A stretch of 63,388 nt of DNA from Octopus bimaculoides. Lineage: Eukaryota. Positions 12,698 to 25,072 of this stretch are shown here, piece after piece. How positions within the stretch are numbered: position 1 is the first letter of the stretch; each line of letters begins with the position of its first letter. The stretch lies in the NCBI RefSeq assembly GCF_001194135.2, contig NC_069008.1, forward strand, positions 9,951,123 through 10,014,510. The letters are read 5' to 3'. A program made the position numbers and the translations under genes. The notes under the pieces are model-generated. The model ran no database searches, was not told the origin of the DNA, and saw only the letters and a list, made by a program, of their open reading frames with translations.

Positions 12698-13904
12698 AAC
12701 AACAAACAAGATGAGGACAAATATCCATCAATTGTAAATAATGTAAATGATGTTGGTGTGTTTACATTGCTGTAACCTAGTGGTTCAGCAAAAGAGACTG
12801 ATAGAATAAGTACTAGGCTTACAAAGAATAAGTCCTGAGGCTGATTTTTTCGACTAAAGGCGGTGCTCCAGCATGGCCACAGTCAAATGACTGAAACCAA
12901 TAAAAAAATATATCCATGAGGTGATTCTTTCAGTTTCTGCCTGCCGTCAGCCCAAGGCTGTAGTAGACACTTGCCCAAGGTGCCATACAGTTGGACTGAA
13001 CCTGGAACCATGTGGTTGAGAAGCAAATTTATTACCGCACAACCAGTACTTTATTTTATTGAATGTAAAGAATTTTAGGAAAATAAGGCACAGTCTATTG
13101 AATACAGTCAAGATTTCTAACCTCAAGTTTAAAGGAAGTGGAACTAAAATGGTAGGAAATTATATTGAATAATTCTGCCATTCCTCTGCCATCATATTCT
13201 ATATTTTCTTAATTTATTCATTATTTAAAACTCCATAACATGGATTCTAGATCAGTTCAGTGGGCCAACAATCAAAAGATTTTTTCCATCCATGATCATT
13301 GTACCTGTTGTATCATTGTATCTAGAGCCACATATATTTAATGTATCCTTCTATTTTGCTTTTTAGCCCTAGGTCAGCAACTGATACAGCAAACATATGT
13401 TCAAAGATATTCCAGCCATAACCATACTACCTTTTCTCTAGACATAGTGTATCTAGGACTACATTACTGAATGTGTTCATCGTTGTTGTTGTTAATTAAG
13501 AGAATCAGAGAGAGTGGGAGAAGAAACAAAGAATTGATCTCTGGAAGTCTCTGCTTTATTATGGCAAACCTTATTGCTGCTTAGCCTCATTGCCATCATT
13601 CTGAGTAGCTCTATAACCAAAGGCAATCCAACCATGACATACTGTCCTTTCCTACGTGCTGGGAACTCTGGACAACCTTAATTCCAGTGTATGACTAATC
13701 AAGCATGCTACCAAATCTGTCCTAAAGAAACAAGGAAATATAGTGGTTGTCATGGATGGACTCTGATGCACTAATATAACACATGGGACATTTTGAGAAA
13801 AAAAAGACCTTGGAAAAACAAAAATATCACATGGTATTTTTAGTTTGCTTCTACTGAATCTGCTACCTGCTACCCCTTTTAATAATGATAATAATCTTTT
13901 GTAC

Positions 13905-14092
13905 TAAAGTCACAAGGCCTGAATTTTGGGGGAGGGGACCTAATGTTTCACTGGTACTTAATTTATCGATCCTGAAAAGATGAAAGGCAAAATTGACCTC
14001 AGCGGAATTTGAACTCAGAGCGTAGCAACAGGTAAAATACCACTAAGCATCTCATCCAGTGTGTTAACAATTCTGCCAGTTCACCACCTTCA
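13905..14092 (-). mobile_element. SINE family B copy (tRNA-like head, (ATT)n tail)
   Basis: Reverse complement of the plus-strand copy at 27537-27755. Confidence 0.8.
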
Positions 14093-14984
14093 TAATAATA
14101 ATAATACTAATAATAATGATAATAATAATAATTTCTAAAAACAATAAGAATGATAATGATTTATTTATTCAATTGTTTATAAAAATTTTGCAACAAAATA
14201 CCAACTCATATTAATTAGTAATCCACTTCAGCTAGTTCACACACACTTGCACTCACATTCACACAAATGCAGACATATGTATGCACACATCGGCCACATA
14301 TAAGCATGTAGGTGCTTGTCCATACATATATTTAAGCATGTGTATGTTTGCATATGGCCTATCACTGCCACAAAACATCCTAAGTTTGTTATATAAATTA
14401 TTTCCATTTTGTTTTATTCATTGGTTTTTGTTGTAGTTGTCGGTTTCATTCTTAAGGTTAATATTGGTGGTGGTGATGCTACATCCGGGTGGCTAGCTTC
14501 ACTTGGCACAGATCACTTTCATAACTCCATCCTCACCAACACCACGACCATCACTATCCCACAAACCAATGAAAGGGCATCTTGATCTACTAGAAACTGC
14601 AAGCGCCTCTCCCTCAAGTCACACTCATGTGTATGAATGTACCTATGTACGTGAGCCAAGGGTGAGAAATTGCCATGTAATTGCTGGCTGTGCTAGAAAT
14701 AGCAGTCAAGTCTCCCTCAGATCATACTTCCACATCTTGAGGAAAGGAAAGGACACATTAATCTTATATACTCTTAAAAAGACATGAAGGTCAATACTAG
14801 AATGCATTTGATCATTAGCTTGTCCACTCAGGGATGACCTGGGTATAACTGACACCATAACCTTTCAGTGAATTCTCTGGAAGACAGCACCTCCCCTTCA
14901 TTCTCCACCTTCTTCCAGTGGTAGTTTGATGTTTAACATTAGCTCAAAGCCAAAGATGTTTTAGAAAGGATCTTGGCAATTAGG

Positions 14985-15355
14985 TGCAAGCATGTTTGTG
15001 GGGTAGAAGCTTGCTTCCCAACTGCATCGTTCTAGGTTCAGTTCCACTGTGTGACAACGTGGGCAAGTGTCATCTTAGTTGACCAAAGCTTTGCGAATGG
15101 ATTTGGTTGACAGAAACTGAAAGAAGTGTGTCATATGTGTGTGTGTGGCTTTGAGATTGTGTTTATCCTCCATCACTTCACAACCAGTGTTGGTGTGTTT
15201 CGATCCCTGTAACCTAGCAGTTTGTCAAAAGAGTCCAACTGAATAAGTACCAGGCTTTAAAAAGAAAAAGTACTGGGGTCGACTCATTTAACTAAAAATT
15301 CTTCAAGGTGGTGTCCCTGCATGGCCACAGTTTAGTGACTGAAACAAGTAAGAGA
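14985..15355 (+). mobile_element. SINE family A copy, diverged
   Basis: Colinear similarity to 61908-62220 including the 3' catggccacagt...gactgaaacaagta end. Confidence 0.8.
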
Positions 15356-15374
15356 AAAATAGATTACTCCCTCG

Positions 15375-15419
<45 letters not shown>

Positions 15420-15497
15420 TCTCTCTCTCGCTCTCTCTCTATGTTTGTGTAAGTAGGAGCATGGCAATGTAGTTAAACAGTTTGCTTCGCAATGATG

Positions 15498-15667
15498 TGT
15501 TATGGGGATAATAGTAATAAAGGTGCACCCCCTCCCATGTAATGAGTGGTATGTGCTAGTCATTATAAATACTGTCAGTCAGTGTCAGTAGAGGTAGAGA
15601 GTACAAAGTAGATGGTCCTAGATAGTCGTGGTCTTACTTGTTTTACTAACAATGCTGCTATACCACA
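15498..15667 (+). repeat. 5' LTR (~170 bp)
   Basis: TG...CA ends (tgttatgggg...ataccaca); matches 19800-19956. Confidence 0.85.
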
Positions 15668-15829
15668 GTGGGTGTTATAATTGTCCAACAAAGGATTACA
15701 ACAATGACAACGAGGAATTAACAAATTCACAAGGAGTTACGAAACTCACAAAAGTTTTTGTGCAAATTTTATGGTATACCAAATCATAAAATTAGGGAAA
15801 AATTGTTGGCCAGTTATGGAAAAATTGTT

Positions 15830-16773
15830 GATTAATTTGCTCAAGTTGCAAAAGCAGCAACAACAATAACTAAAAGAACAACAACAGCACAGCAACAACT
15901 GCAAGAACAACAGCAGAAGCAGCAACAACAACAATTACTATTACAGCAACAAATGTTGCAATTAACGAAAAGAAGTTGTCAAAAAATGCTGAAAAGATGT
16001 TCTCACCAGATTGTTGCAAACTTGATATCAGAATTTAAGTATGAACCAGACAAAAGAGTTACCTTTGAGGTGTACTATAGAAGATACAAACAGATTTTCA
16101 ATAAAGAGTGCAAGGACTGGGACAACAATATGAAAACGTGTTTGATCTTAAGAAAACTGGAAGCAAGAGAACATAATAATTACAACAATTACATACTCCC
16201 GAAAAAACCTTCTGACATAAACTTTAAAGATACAAAAGAGATATTGTGTGAAATTCTTAACAAGGAAAACTCATTGTTCAATATAGTCTGGAAATGTTTG
16301 AACCTAGAAAAGAACAATGAGGAGGACCACATGACATCTGCTGGCAGAGTTAACAGGGAATGTGAAAAGTTCTAACTGGATGAATTAATGCCTGATATTT
16401 ATACAGGGACTAACTGCAGAGAAAGACGTGAACAAAACCAAGCTGTAACCTTACAACAAGTGTCAGAAGAGTGTGAAAGAATAGTAAATTTAAGACACGG
16501 CACAGAAAAATTAAACATAAAGATTGCTCCCAAGTGAAACAAGTGTGTTGGAAAATACGAAACAGGCAGAATAGAAATTAAATGTGTACTAAAGTACAGT
16601 ACAAACTGAACAAAAATCAGAAAACAAACCCATGTTTTGCATGTGGAGGTCTACACCCGAGAAAAAACTCCCCATTTAAGAAAGCAGAATGTTTCCGTTG
16701 TAGAAAAATTAGACACAGAAAAGCGCACTGTAAAACCAAGCTGACAAAACATTGGAACAAAGAAAACAAATAG
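15830..16773 (+). pseudogene. Gypsy gag, disrupted, with Q-rich N-terminus and tandem Cys/His knuckles
   Basis: FKYEPDKRVTFEVYYRRY, NNYILPKKPSDINF, CFACGGLH...ECFRCRKIRH. Confidence 0.8.
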
Positions 16774-16789
16774 ACAAGATGTCATTGAA

Positions 16790-19578
16790 AGAAAATGGTA
16801 ATGTGACAAAGAGGAAATTTGTAAATGTGAAAATTGAAAATATAAGAGTAATGCAGTTAGACACTTGAAGTGATATTACCATTGTGAATGAAGAAACTTG
16901 GAAGTATGTCGGTAAGCCAAAATCAAGTAAATCTACAAAAGAAGCACATGGTGTTACAGGCAAAAGAATGTATTTTATAGGTGAATTTGTATGTAATATG
17001 ACATTTCGTGACCAAATGAAAATGGCAAAAATATATGTTAAAAAATTCAGTTAATCTGTTCAGCACAAAGTGAATGGAATTGTTCAAATTGTGGAATACA
17101 TCCATAAATTTTTTGTGTGGGAATATAGTCAGTTCAGTCAAAGGTTCAAATGCAGCTGAGATATTGAAATGAAAAATGAAACATTTATTCCCAAATGTTT
17201 TTTTGGAGGAACTGGGCTGCTGCTCAAAACAAAGGCAAAAATTATAGTAAAACAAAGTGTAACACCTGTATTTAAACCAAAATGGAATGTACCATTTGCA
17301 GCAATAGAATAGGTAAATAGAGAACTTGAAAAATTGAAAGCTTAGGAATAATTGAGAATACAAACCACTCATACTGGACAGCATCTATGGTCTACATAAA
17401 ACAGAAAAATAATGAGTTAAAAATTTGTGAAGATTTTTCAACAGGGTTGAATGATTGCTTAATCTCACATAAATACCCATTACCGAGCCCTGCGGAAATG
17501 TTTGCAAAATTGAATGGAGGGAAATTCTTCTCAAAATTAGACCTCTTGGAGGCATATCTACAAATTCAAGTAGAAGAAGAATGCTCACACTTATTAACCA
17601 TTAATACACACAGTGGCTGATTTAAATTTAAGCAGCTTCCCAAAGTGTAAAAGTGACACCTTCCATATTTCAGTGAGTAATAGATTCAATGCTGGATGAC
17701 TGTGATTTTGCTACCATCTATTTAGACAATATCCTAATAAAAAGTGAATCACACGAACAACATGTAGAACATATTAAAAAAGTATTCAAAAGATTAGAGA
17801 ATACAGCTCCAAGTTAACAGAAGAAAAATACAAGTTCTTGTTGAAAAAAGTTAAATACTTGGGCCAGATAATAGATAAAAACGGATGAAAACTGGATACA
17901 TCCAGTGCAACTGCGATAAAAAATATACCCACTCCAAATAATGTGACTATGCTACAAGCATTCTTGGGTTTAGTAAATTACTTTCAAATTTACATTCCCA
18001 ATATACATAATGTAAATGATTTGTTAAAAAAAAATGCTAAGTTGTGCCAGACTGATAAGTGCCAGAGGGCATTTGACAAATTAAAAGATATTTTAACATT
18101 GAACTTATTGTTAATGCATTTTGATCCAAAGTTGGATATTATATTGGCTACTGATGTGAGTGATTACGGAGTCAGAGTCATGCTTCTGCACAAATATGAT
18201 GATGGGAGTAAAAAGACTATAACTCATGCATCACGATTGTTATTACCAGCTGAAAGGAACTATAATCAAATAGAAAAGGAAGTGTTAGCAATCATATTTG
18301 GTGTGAAAAGATTCCATAGATTTATTCATGGAAGAGTTTCTGTCTACAAATGGATCATCACTCACTACTGTTCTAAAAAAGGAATACCGGAACGCACACT
18401 GAATAGACTGCAGCGGTGGGGCACTACATTATTGAATTATGATTACAAAATGGAATATTTACTGTCAAAAAAACTAGGGCATGCAGATGGTTTGTCCAGA
18501 CTGATACCTAAGCAAGGCAAACCATTCGAAGATATGGTAGTTGCAGCATTAAGATCAGAAGGAGAAATAAAAAATGTAATGTGGAATGTGGTATGGGAAT
18601 TATCAGTAACCCTGGAAGACATAAAATGAAATGCGGTTTTCATAACAGAAATGAAAAGAATATTGTGATCAGGAAAAGGAACAGGATTGGTGTGAAATGA
18701 AACCAAGATGTGGAGCAATACTCAATTTGTGATGTATGCACAGAGAGTAGTAATACCTGAAACACTGCAAAAGAAAATGTTGAGAGAATTTCATGTTGAA
18801 CATCCTGGTATTTCAAGGATGAAAGCTTTAATGCGTAGCTATGTGTACTGGCCAAAAATGGATCAAAAATTTAGTGAAAGGCTGTAGAGGATGTACTCTA
18901 GCAGTAAAATTACCAACAATAAAAAGTGAACCATGGTCAAAAGTAGATGTTCCGTTGTCAAGACTACACATAGATTTCATTGGTCCCTTAAATGATTCAA
19001 ACTACTCAGTTCCTCTAAATGGTCAGAAATTTGTAAGTGTAAAAAGCCAGCCTCAACGACAAATTTTTCACATGAGTTGTTTGCTTATGATGTGATAGTG
19101 TCTGACAATGGAATACAATTTGTGTCTTTTGAATTTAAAAAGTTTTGTAAAATGTTCATGGTAGAACATGTAACTATGGCACCATACCATCCCAGATCTA
19201 ACAGACAAGCAGAATGCTTTGTCAGTACACTCAAGAGAGCCTTAAGAAAATCAAATAAGGAAGTCATGGATGAGGTAGCTCTACAACAATTCTGAAGATT
19301 TCTGTGTGACACCAAATCCAAATACACCAGCAGAACTGATATTTGCAAGGAAAATAAAATCAGTCTTCAACAAATTGTTACCTGGCAAGAAAAGAAAAAT
19401 TGCAATGGAAAATACAGCAAGATATTGCAAAATTGGTGAAAAGGTATTTGTTAGGGCATATAAGAATGGAAAACAAAGCTGGGAAGATGGCATGATTACC
19501 AAACACATAGGAAAAATGCTATACTTGGTAAAAGAAAGAAAAGAGGCACATGAACAAACTGAAAAAAAGATTTGTTGA
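16790..19578 (+). pseudogene. Gypsy pol (protease-RT-RNase H-integrase), many stops and frameshifts
   Basis: MQLDT (PR), FFSKLDLLEAYLQI and IYLDNILI (RT), ATDVSDYGV..YNQIEKEVLAIIFGVKRFH..HADGLSRL (RNase H), HVEHPGISRMKALMRSYVYWP, VSDNGIQF, APYHPRSNRQAE (IN). Confidence 0.9.
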
Positions 19579-19799
19579 GAGCGAACTCAAGAGAATAGAA
19601 GAACCAAATAATTGAACCCAGACGCTCAAGTGAAAGAAAAAGAAGATGTACAGAGTTCCCGGAAGTGGATGTCAAATGAACAAAATATTAAATTTGTAAC
19701 GGCCTGAAAAAGGAGAAGCTCAAAAAAGGGTGGCAGAGTGATGTAAAAATTATTGCTATTACACTCCCTAAGAAAAAAAGAAAAGCTTAAAAGGGGAGA

Positions 19800-19956
19800 T
19801 GTTATGAGGATAATAGTAATAATGGTATGCCCCTCTCACGTGACGAGTGGTATGTGCTAGTCATTATAAATACTGTCAGTCAGTGTCAGTAGAGGTAGAA
19901 AGTACAAAGTAGACGGTCATAGATAGTCGTGGTCTTACTTGTCTACTGCTAAACCA
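19800..19956 (+). repeat. 3' LTR
   Basis: Preceded by PPT; roughly 90% similar by eye to the 5' LTR, with a short indel near its end. Confidence 0.85.
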
Positions 19957-21119
19957 GAGGGAATTTTCACCCTCTCTTCTATTTCTTAGTAAACTGTCTT
20001 TCTCTCCCTCTCTTACACAAAAAGCAGCTGTCGGTCAAAATTTCTTAGATGTATAATATAAACAGTTTTACATTAAACTGAAGAATTACTCAATACTTTT
20101 GTAGAGTATATTAAACTTTTGCAAGAAGTGATTTTGAAGGTTTGGCCTTCTAGCTTTCATCCAGTAGATCATGATCATTTAACATTTGCTTTCCATGCTG
20201 GCATGGGACAGTTTGAGAGTAACTGGTCAGCTGGAAAACTACCCAGGTACCAATTGTATATTTTGACATGGCTTCTACGACTGGATGCTGTTCCTAATAC
20301 CAACCATTTCACAGAGTGAACTGGATGCTTTTTATGTAACGCCAGCACAGGTGCTTTTACATAACACCAACATGGACACTTTTATGTGACACTGGCACAT
20401 GTGAATTTTACATAACACCTGTACCTATGAGCCCTCAAGGGAAGGACCTCTTGGCAGAGAGAAGGGTGTAGAGGACATACCTGTATGTAGGGACAGCCAT
20501 AGTTTTACTTAGCTTCTGATAGGCACAGGTGGAGTAGTGTGATAAGAAGTTTGCTTCCCAACTGCATGATTTCAGGTTCAGTTCTACTGCATGGCACCTT
20601 GGACAAGTGTCTTCTATTCTAACTGAAGGCTTTGCGAGTGGATTTGAAAGACAGAACTGAAATAAGCCTGCCCATTATATATAGTACTGTAGTTCGCTGG
20701 AAGCATTGTGTATTGTTTGTGGAATGTAATGTATCTTGAATGGCACAACAATGCAGAGTGGACTATATAATAACTGTTATAAATAATTTCATTATTCATA
20801 GTCTAATATAGTATTTCAGAACATAAAAATTCCTTCTTCAGATATTGCTAGGTATTAATGTAGTCACTGTTTTATAATGCTTGTATATGTTAGCATCTCC
20901 TTGTCTTGACATGATGTGGAAGTTGTAAGCATGTTTCACTGTCATGCAAGTTCTGTCCTTCATTTCCAGTCTTCGGGTGAAAATGTCTATTTCTGGGAAA
21001 ATATTGCCTTACTTGGAAATAGATTGGGATTGGTGACAGGAAGGGTATCCAACCATAGAAAATCCACTTCAACAAATATCATTGAATCCATGCAAGCAAA
21101 GAAATGTTGATATAGGTGC

Positions 21120-21440
21120 AGGAATGGCATGTGGTAAAGAAACTTACCTTGCAAGCACAAGGTTTCAAATTCAGTTCCACTACGGGGCACCTCAGATAAG
21201 TGTCTCAGGCCAACCAATACCTTGTTAGTTAATTTGATCAATGATGTATGTATGTATCTCTGTTTGTCCCCCCACCCACCCACCATTTGACAACTGTTGT
21301 TGATTTATGAACTTCTCCATGACCTAGCAGTTCAGCAATAGAGATTGATAGAATAAGTACTGAGGTCAATTTGTTCAACTAAACCCTTCTGGTCATTGTT
21401 CCATAACAGCTGCAGTCTAATGACTGAAACAAGATAAAAG
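21120..21440 (+). mobile_element. SINE family A copy, diverged
   Basis: Colinear similarity to family A. Confidence 0.75.
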
Positions 21441-21448
21441 GTGTAGTA

Positions 21449-21672
21449 CAGTAATCCCTTGCCATATCGCGGTTCACCTATCACGGTTTATTATTTAAGC
21501 TTATGTCGATTCCTCTGTGGTGTTGTTTTGCATTTATAATAAAATAAATATATACAAATTATAAAAATAATAATTGAAAAATATGCAGTACAGTACTGTT
21601 TCTATTTTGCAGATTTTCATCTAGTGTGGGGGGTTTTGGAACGTAACACCAGTGATAGTCAAGGGATTACTG
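21449..21672. mobile_element. Tigger/pogo-type MITE
   Basis: Perfect 13-bp TIR cagtaatcccttg / caagggattactg with TA on both sides. Confidence 0.85.
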
Positions 21673-21839
21673 TATACAAACATTAATGTCTATCACTCCT
21701 GTATTGTGACCTGATATGAGTTATCTTGCTTGTCTTTGACTTTCAGGTGTTTTAACACCAGGCAGATCAATGAGAATATATTCTCTTATACCTATAAATG
21801 CAGCCTGCCCATGAACTGGCAAAACATACACCTTGTGTG

Positions 21840-21905
<66 letters not shown>

Positions 21906-21927
21906 TAGATAGATAGATACACATATA

Positions 21928-22342
21928 CAGGGGTTGGACAAAATAATGGAAACACCTTAAAATTTCAAACAAATTTATTTTAATATGGGGTAGGACTGCC
22001 TTTGGCAGTAATTACAGCTTGAATTCTACGTACAAAGTTTGAATTGTTTTCAAAGAAATTTTTGTCCATTCTTCATCTAAAACAGTCTCCAGTTCTTGTA
22101 GTGATGATGGTGGAGGATATCGACTCCTTACTTGTTTTTCTAAAATGCATCATAAATGTTCAATAATATTGAGATCTGGGGACTGTGGTGCCAGATAAGA
22201 TGTTCAATTTCACTAGAATGTTCCTCATGCCATTCAGTAACAACTGTGAGTTGGTGCATTATCATCCTGAAAGATTGCATTTCTCTCCAGAAACAGTTCT
22301 GCAACCATAGGATGAATTTGATCAGATAAAATGCTTAAATAG
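21928..22342 (-). mobile_element. Tc1-type transposon 3' fragment
   Basis: Terminus ta-caggggttggacaaaataatggaaacac; minus strand reads PQSPDLNIIEHL, then a C-terminus resembling IQAVITAKG.PTPY. Confidence 0.8.
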
Positions 22343-22482
22343 TACATTATTTACATTTGACGGATATTTGTCCTCATCTTGTTTGTTGTTAACATGTTTC
22401 AGCTGATATACCCTCCAGCCTTTATCATGTGACTTGGGGAAATTTCGAAACTGGGTTCTCATTCTGAAGGTATTTTTCAATG

Positions 22483-22529
<47 letters not shown>

Positions 22530-23372
22530 ATTATTATTATTCAGGTCACTGCCTGAATCTTGGTGTTAGTAGCCTGCGCTCTTAACCACTATGCCATATA
22601 CCCGTGAGCAATTATGGAGTCAATTTTAGGGCTTATAAATCTAATGTTCTCCTATCCTTCCTTAATACCGGTTCCCATATGCTACTCATACTGCACTCGG
22701 TCTGCTTAGGAGGTTCTTGTGTCCTAGCATATGTGCTGCTTCTTTTAGTTTTCCTATTTTCCAGTGGTGATCTCTGTCTATTATTCTAACTTCATCCCAC
22801 AGGGGCAAGTTGTCTCCATTTTTCCATACATGATCAGCTATACCTGATTTATCAATATCTCCTTGTGTCACAGCTTTGCGATATTCCGAAACATGCTACC
22901 TCCTCACTTATTTTGAGGGGGTGGCATGTTTTGCCTTTGTATAACCTACCACAGCAGCATGGGATGGAGTACACACAGTTTTTGGTCATATTCTCTTCTA
23001 TTGGTGGTTTTACTCAAAGGAGATATTTGTGAAGTGTTGTATTACTCTTGAATACTGTCCTGTTGTATTACTATTGAATATTGTCATATGGGCTGCATAT
23101 CTTTTGTCTCTTTTCGAAGAGGCCTTTCACGTAGGGAAGACAGACTGTGGACAGTTTATTGGTTTCATCCTCTCTTTTCTTCATAATTAGAGTGAATAGT
23201 ATGTTTTGTGGGTAGTTGTTGCTTAATAAAGTGTTACTGAGCTTGATCATTTCTTTGTAGTGGGTATCATAATCGCTACTTATATTCTCTGCTCGATGTT
23301 TTAGGCACTGAGCAATCCCTCTCTTTACACTGTATGGATGGTGGAAACTGAAGTTGAGGTATCGTCCAGTGA
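22343..23372 (-). mobile_element. Penelope-like element, 5'-truncated: RT thumb, GIY-YIG endonuclease, 3' pseudo-LTR with tRNA-like segment, (AAT)n and decayed hammerhead
   Basis: KPTFTGRYLNFSFHHPYSVKRGIA, VCLPYVKGL, CVYSIPCCCGRLYKGKT, KSGIADHVW...KLKEAAHM; 3' end homologous to 12471-12747. Confidence 0.88.
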
Positions 23373-23690
23373 AGGTCGGCTTCATGGCAGTGAAACATGG
23401 GCCATGACTGCTGAAAACATGCGTAGGCTCGAAAGAAATGAAGCTAGCATGATCTGCTGGACATGTAATGTCAGTGTGCACACACGACGGAGTGTAAGCG
23501 CCCTGAAAGAAATGTTGGACATAAGAAGCATCGGATGTGGCATGCAAGAGAAACGTTTGTGTTGGTATGGTCATGTACTATGGATGGAAGAGGAGAGCTG
23601 TGTGAAGATGTGCCACTCCCAAACAGTGGAAGAAATCCGGGGTAGAGGGAGACCCAGGAAGACATGGGGTGAGGTGGTGAAATTGTGCAT
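23370..23690 (+). mobile_element. RTE LINE ORF2 post-RT fragment
   Basis: LHGSETWAMTAENMRRLERNEASM...RLCWYGHV...GRGRPRKTWGEVVK. Confidence 0.85.
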
Positions 23691-24563
23691 TATGCAATAA
23701 AATGTACAAATCTTTGGTGGGGCTCAGTAGTTATATAAGGGTCTCACATTGCATTATCAGGGACTCATTTCAATGATTCTTTCTAGTAACGGCTTTGCTC
23801 ATATATGAGAAAGTAGCCACAATATATATATGCTCACACACTCACACACACAATAGCTTGATGATTGAAGTGCTCAATGTATGATTAATATTTTAGACAT
23901 CTATGTGTTCCTAATAATGTTATGAAGGAGCTTGTAAAGAAAATGCATGCTGTTTGGCACAATTTCTTGTAAGGGTTTCTTCTTGGTTATAAAGATCGTT
24001 GAACACTCCTATAAGTCAAGTCTGAAGAGTATATTTGGAAATTATTTATTTATTGCATTATTACAGTAATCATCAAATGGCAGATTATGTAATGATATCT
24101 TTACATATTCTTGGACATTCACATCATTAAAATGGCTATACATAATACAATGCATGTTGTTGTACATCTCTGTATTATATGGCAAAGCTTAGATGTTTAC
24201 ATTGTTAAAAGTGGAATTACTCAATCATTTTTCACAAAGGTATCAGATAATGGAAGTATAGTAGAGTAACTATATATATATGTTTTGTAGATAAAGATGT
24301 CATTAACAGCAGAATTCTGGCTATCTATCTTGGATCTAGTCCAATTCATGAGTGCTTTATAAGCAGTTGATCTATGCTATTGATTGAGGAAGGAAGTACA
24401 TCTTCCTTGAGAAGCAGTTAATGAATTAAGAAACAGTCTGTTAAGAAACAACTTTCCTCTTTTTTCCACACATCAATAGCATAAAAAGAATTTATTTGCA
24501 TTCTTATTTAACTCACAGTAGGGCTTTGTAATATTTTCAATATATTTCAGTCTTTCATAACTC

Positions 24564-24594
<31 letters not shown>

Positions 24595-24957
24595 GTGCGT
24601 GTGTGTGTGTGTATGTGTAAACCTACCTCTAACCCTCTTTTCTCTTTCTCTTTCCCCTATGTTTTTCTCTCCTATAACTATCTAAAGGATCCCTGGTTAC
24701 TAAATATATATAAATACTGCATTCAACTGTAAATTTTCTATTATTTTATTCTCCATCGGAAGAATTTTTAATAGGAGATATCTTATATGATTTTTACTAC
24801 ATGTACAATTTTGTAACTTCTACTTACAAATGTGTAATGGTGAATAAACAATACCCAAAAATTTTTCCACCCCCTGTTTTGATATTACTCTGCAGAAAAT
24901 ATTTCTTGTGCTTTCTACTTTTATGTATACCTCACACAAATATAACATCAACATACT

Positions 24958-25072
24958 GCCAAATCAGACTGGAGCCTGGTGTTGCCATCCGGTTTCACCA
25001 GTCCTCAGTCAAATCGTCCAACCCATGCTAGCATGGAAAGCGGACGTTAAACGATGATGATGATGATGATGA
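24958..25072 (+). mobile_element. RTE LINE 3' tail with (GAT)n
   Basis: aaatcagactggagcc...catggaaagcggacgttaaacgatgatgatgat, as at the end of 10395-11078. Confidence 0.8.

Larger units (their letters stand above)
12247..12747. mobile_element. Non-autonomous Penelope-like (pseudo-LTR only) element: inverted arm + tRNA-like head + (AAT/AAC)n + hammerhead; 12-bp TSD
   Basis: TSD tgatgttggtgt at 12235-12246 and 12748-12759; 12270-12470 is the reverse complement of ~12535-12745; same sequence lies 3' of the PLE ORF at 22343-22610. Confidence 0.85.
12017..12905 (+). mobile_element. SINE family A copy split by an insertion at 12247-12747
   Basis: Head and body at 12017-12246; sequence resumes at 12748 (tgatgttggtgtgtttac...gactgaaac). 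Confidence 0.9.
15498..19956 (+). mobile_element. Gypsy (Mag-like) LTR retrotransposon, near full length, inactivated
   Basis: Two similar short LTRs starting tgttatg; polypurine tract aaaaggggaga just before the 3' LTR; gag, PR, RT, RNase H, integrase in Gypsy order. Confidence 0.92.
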
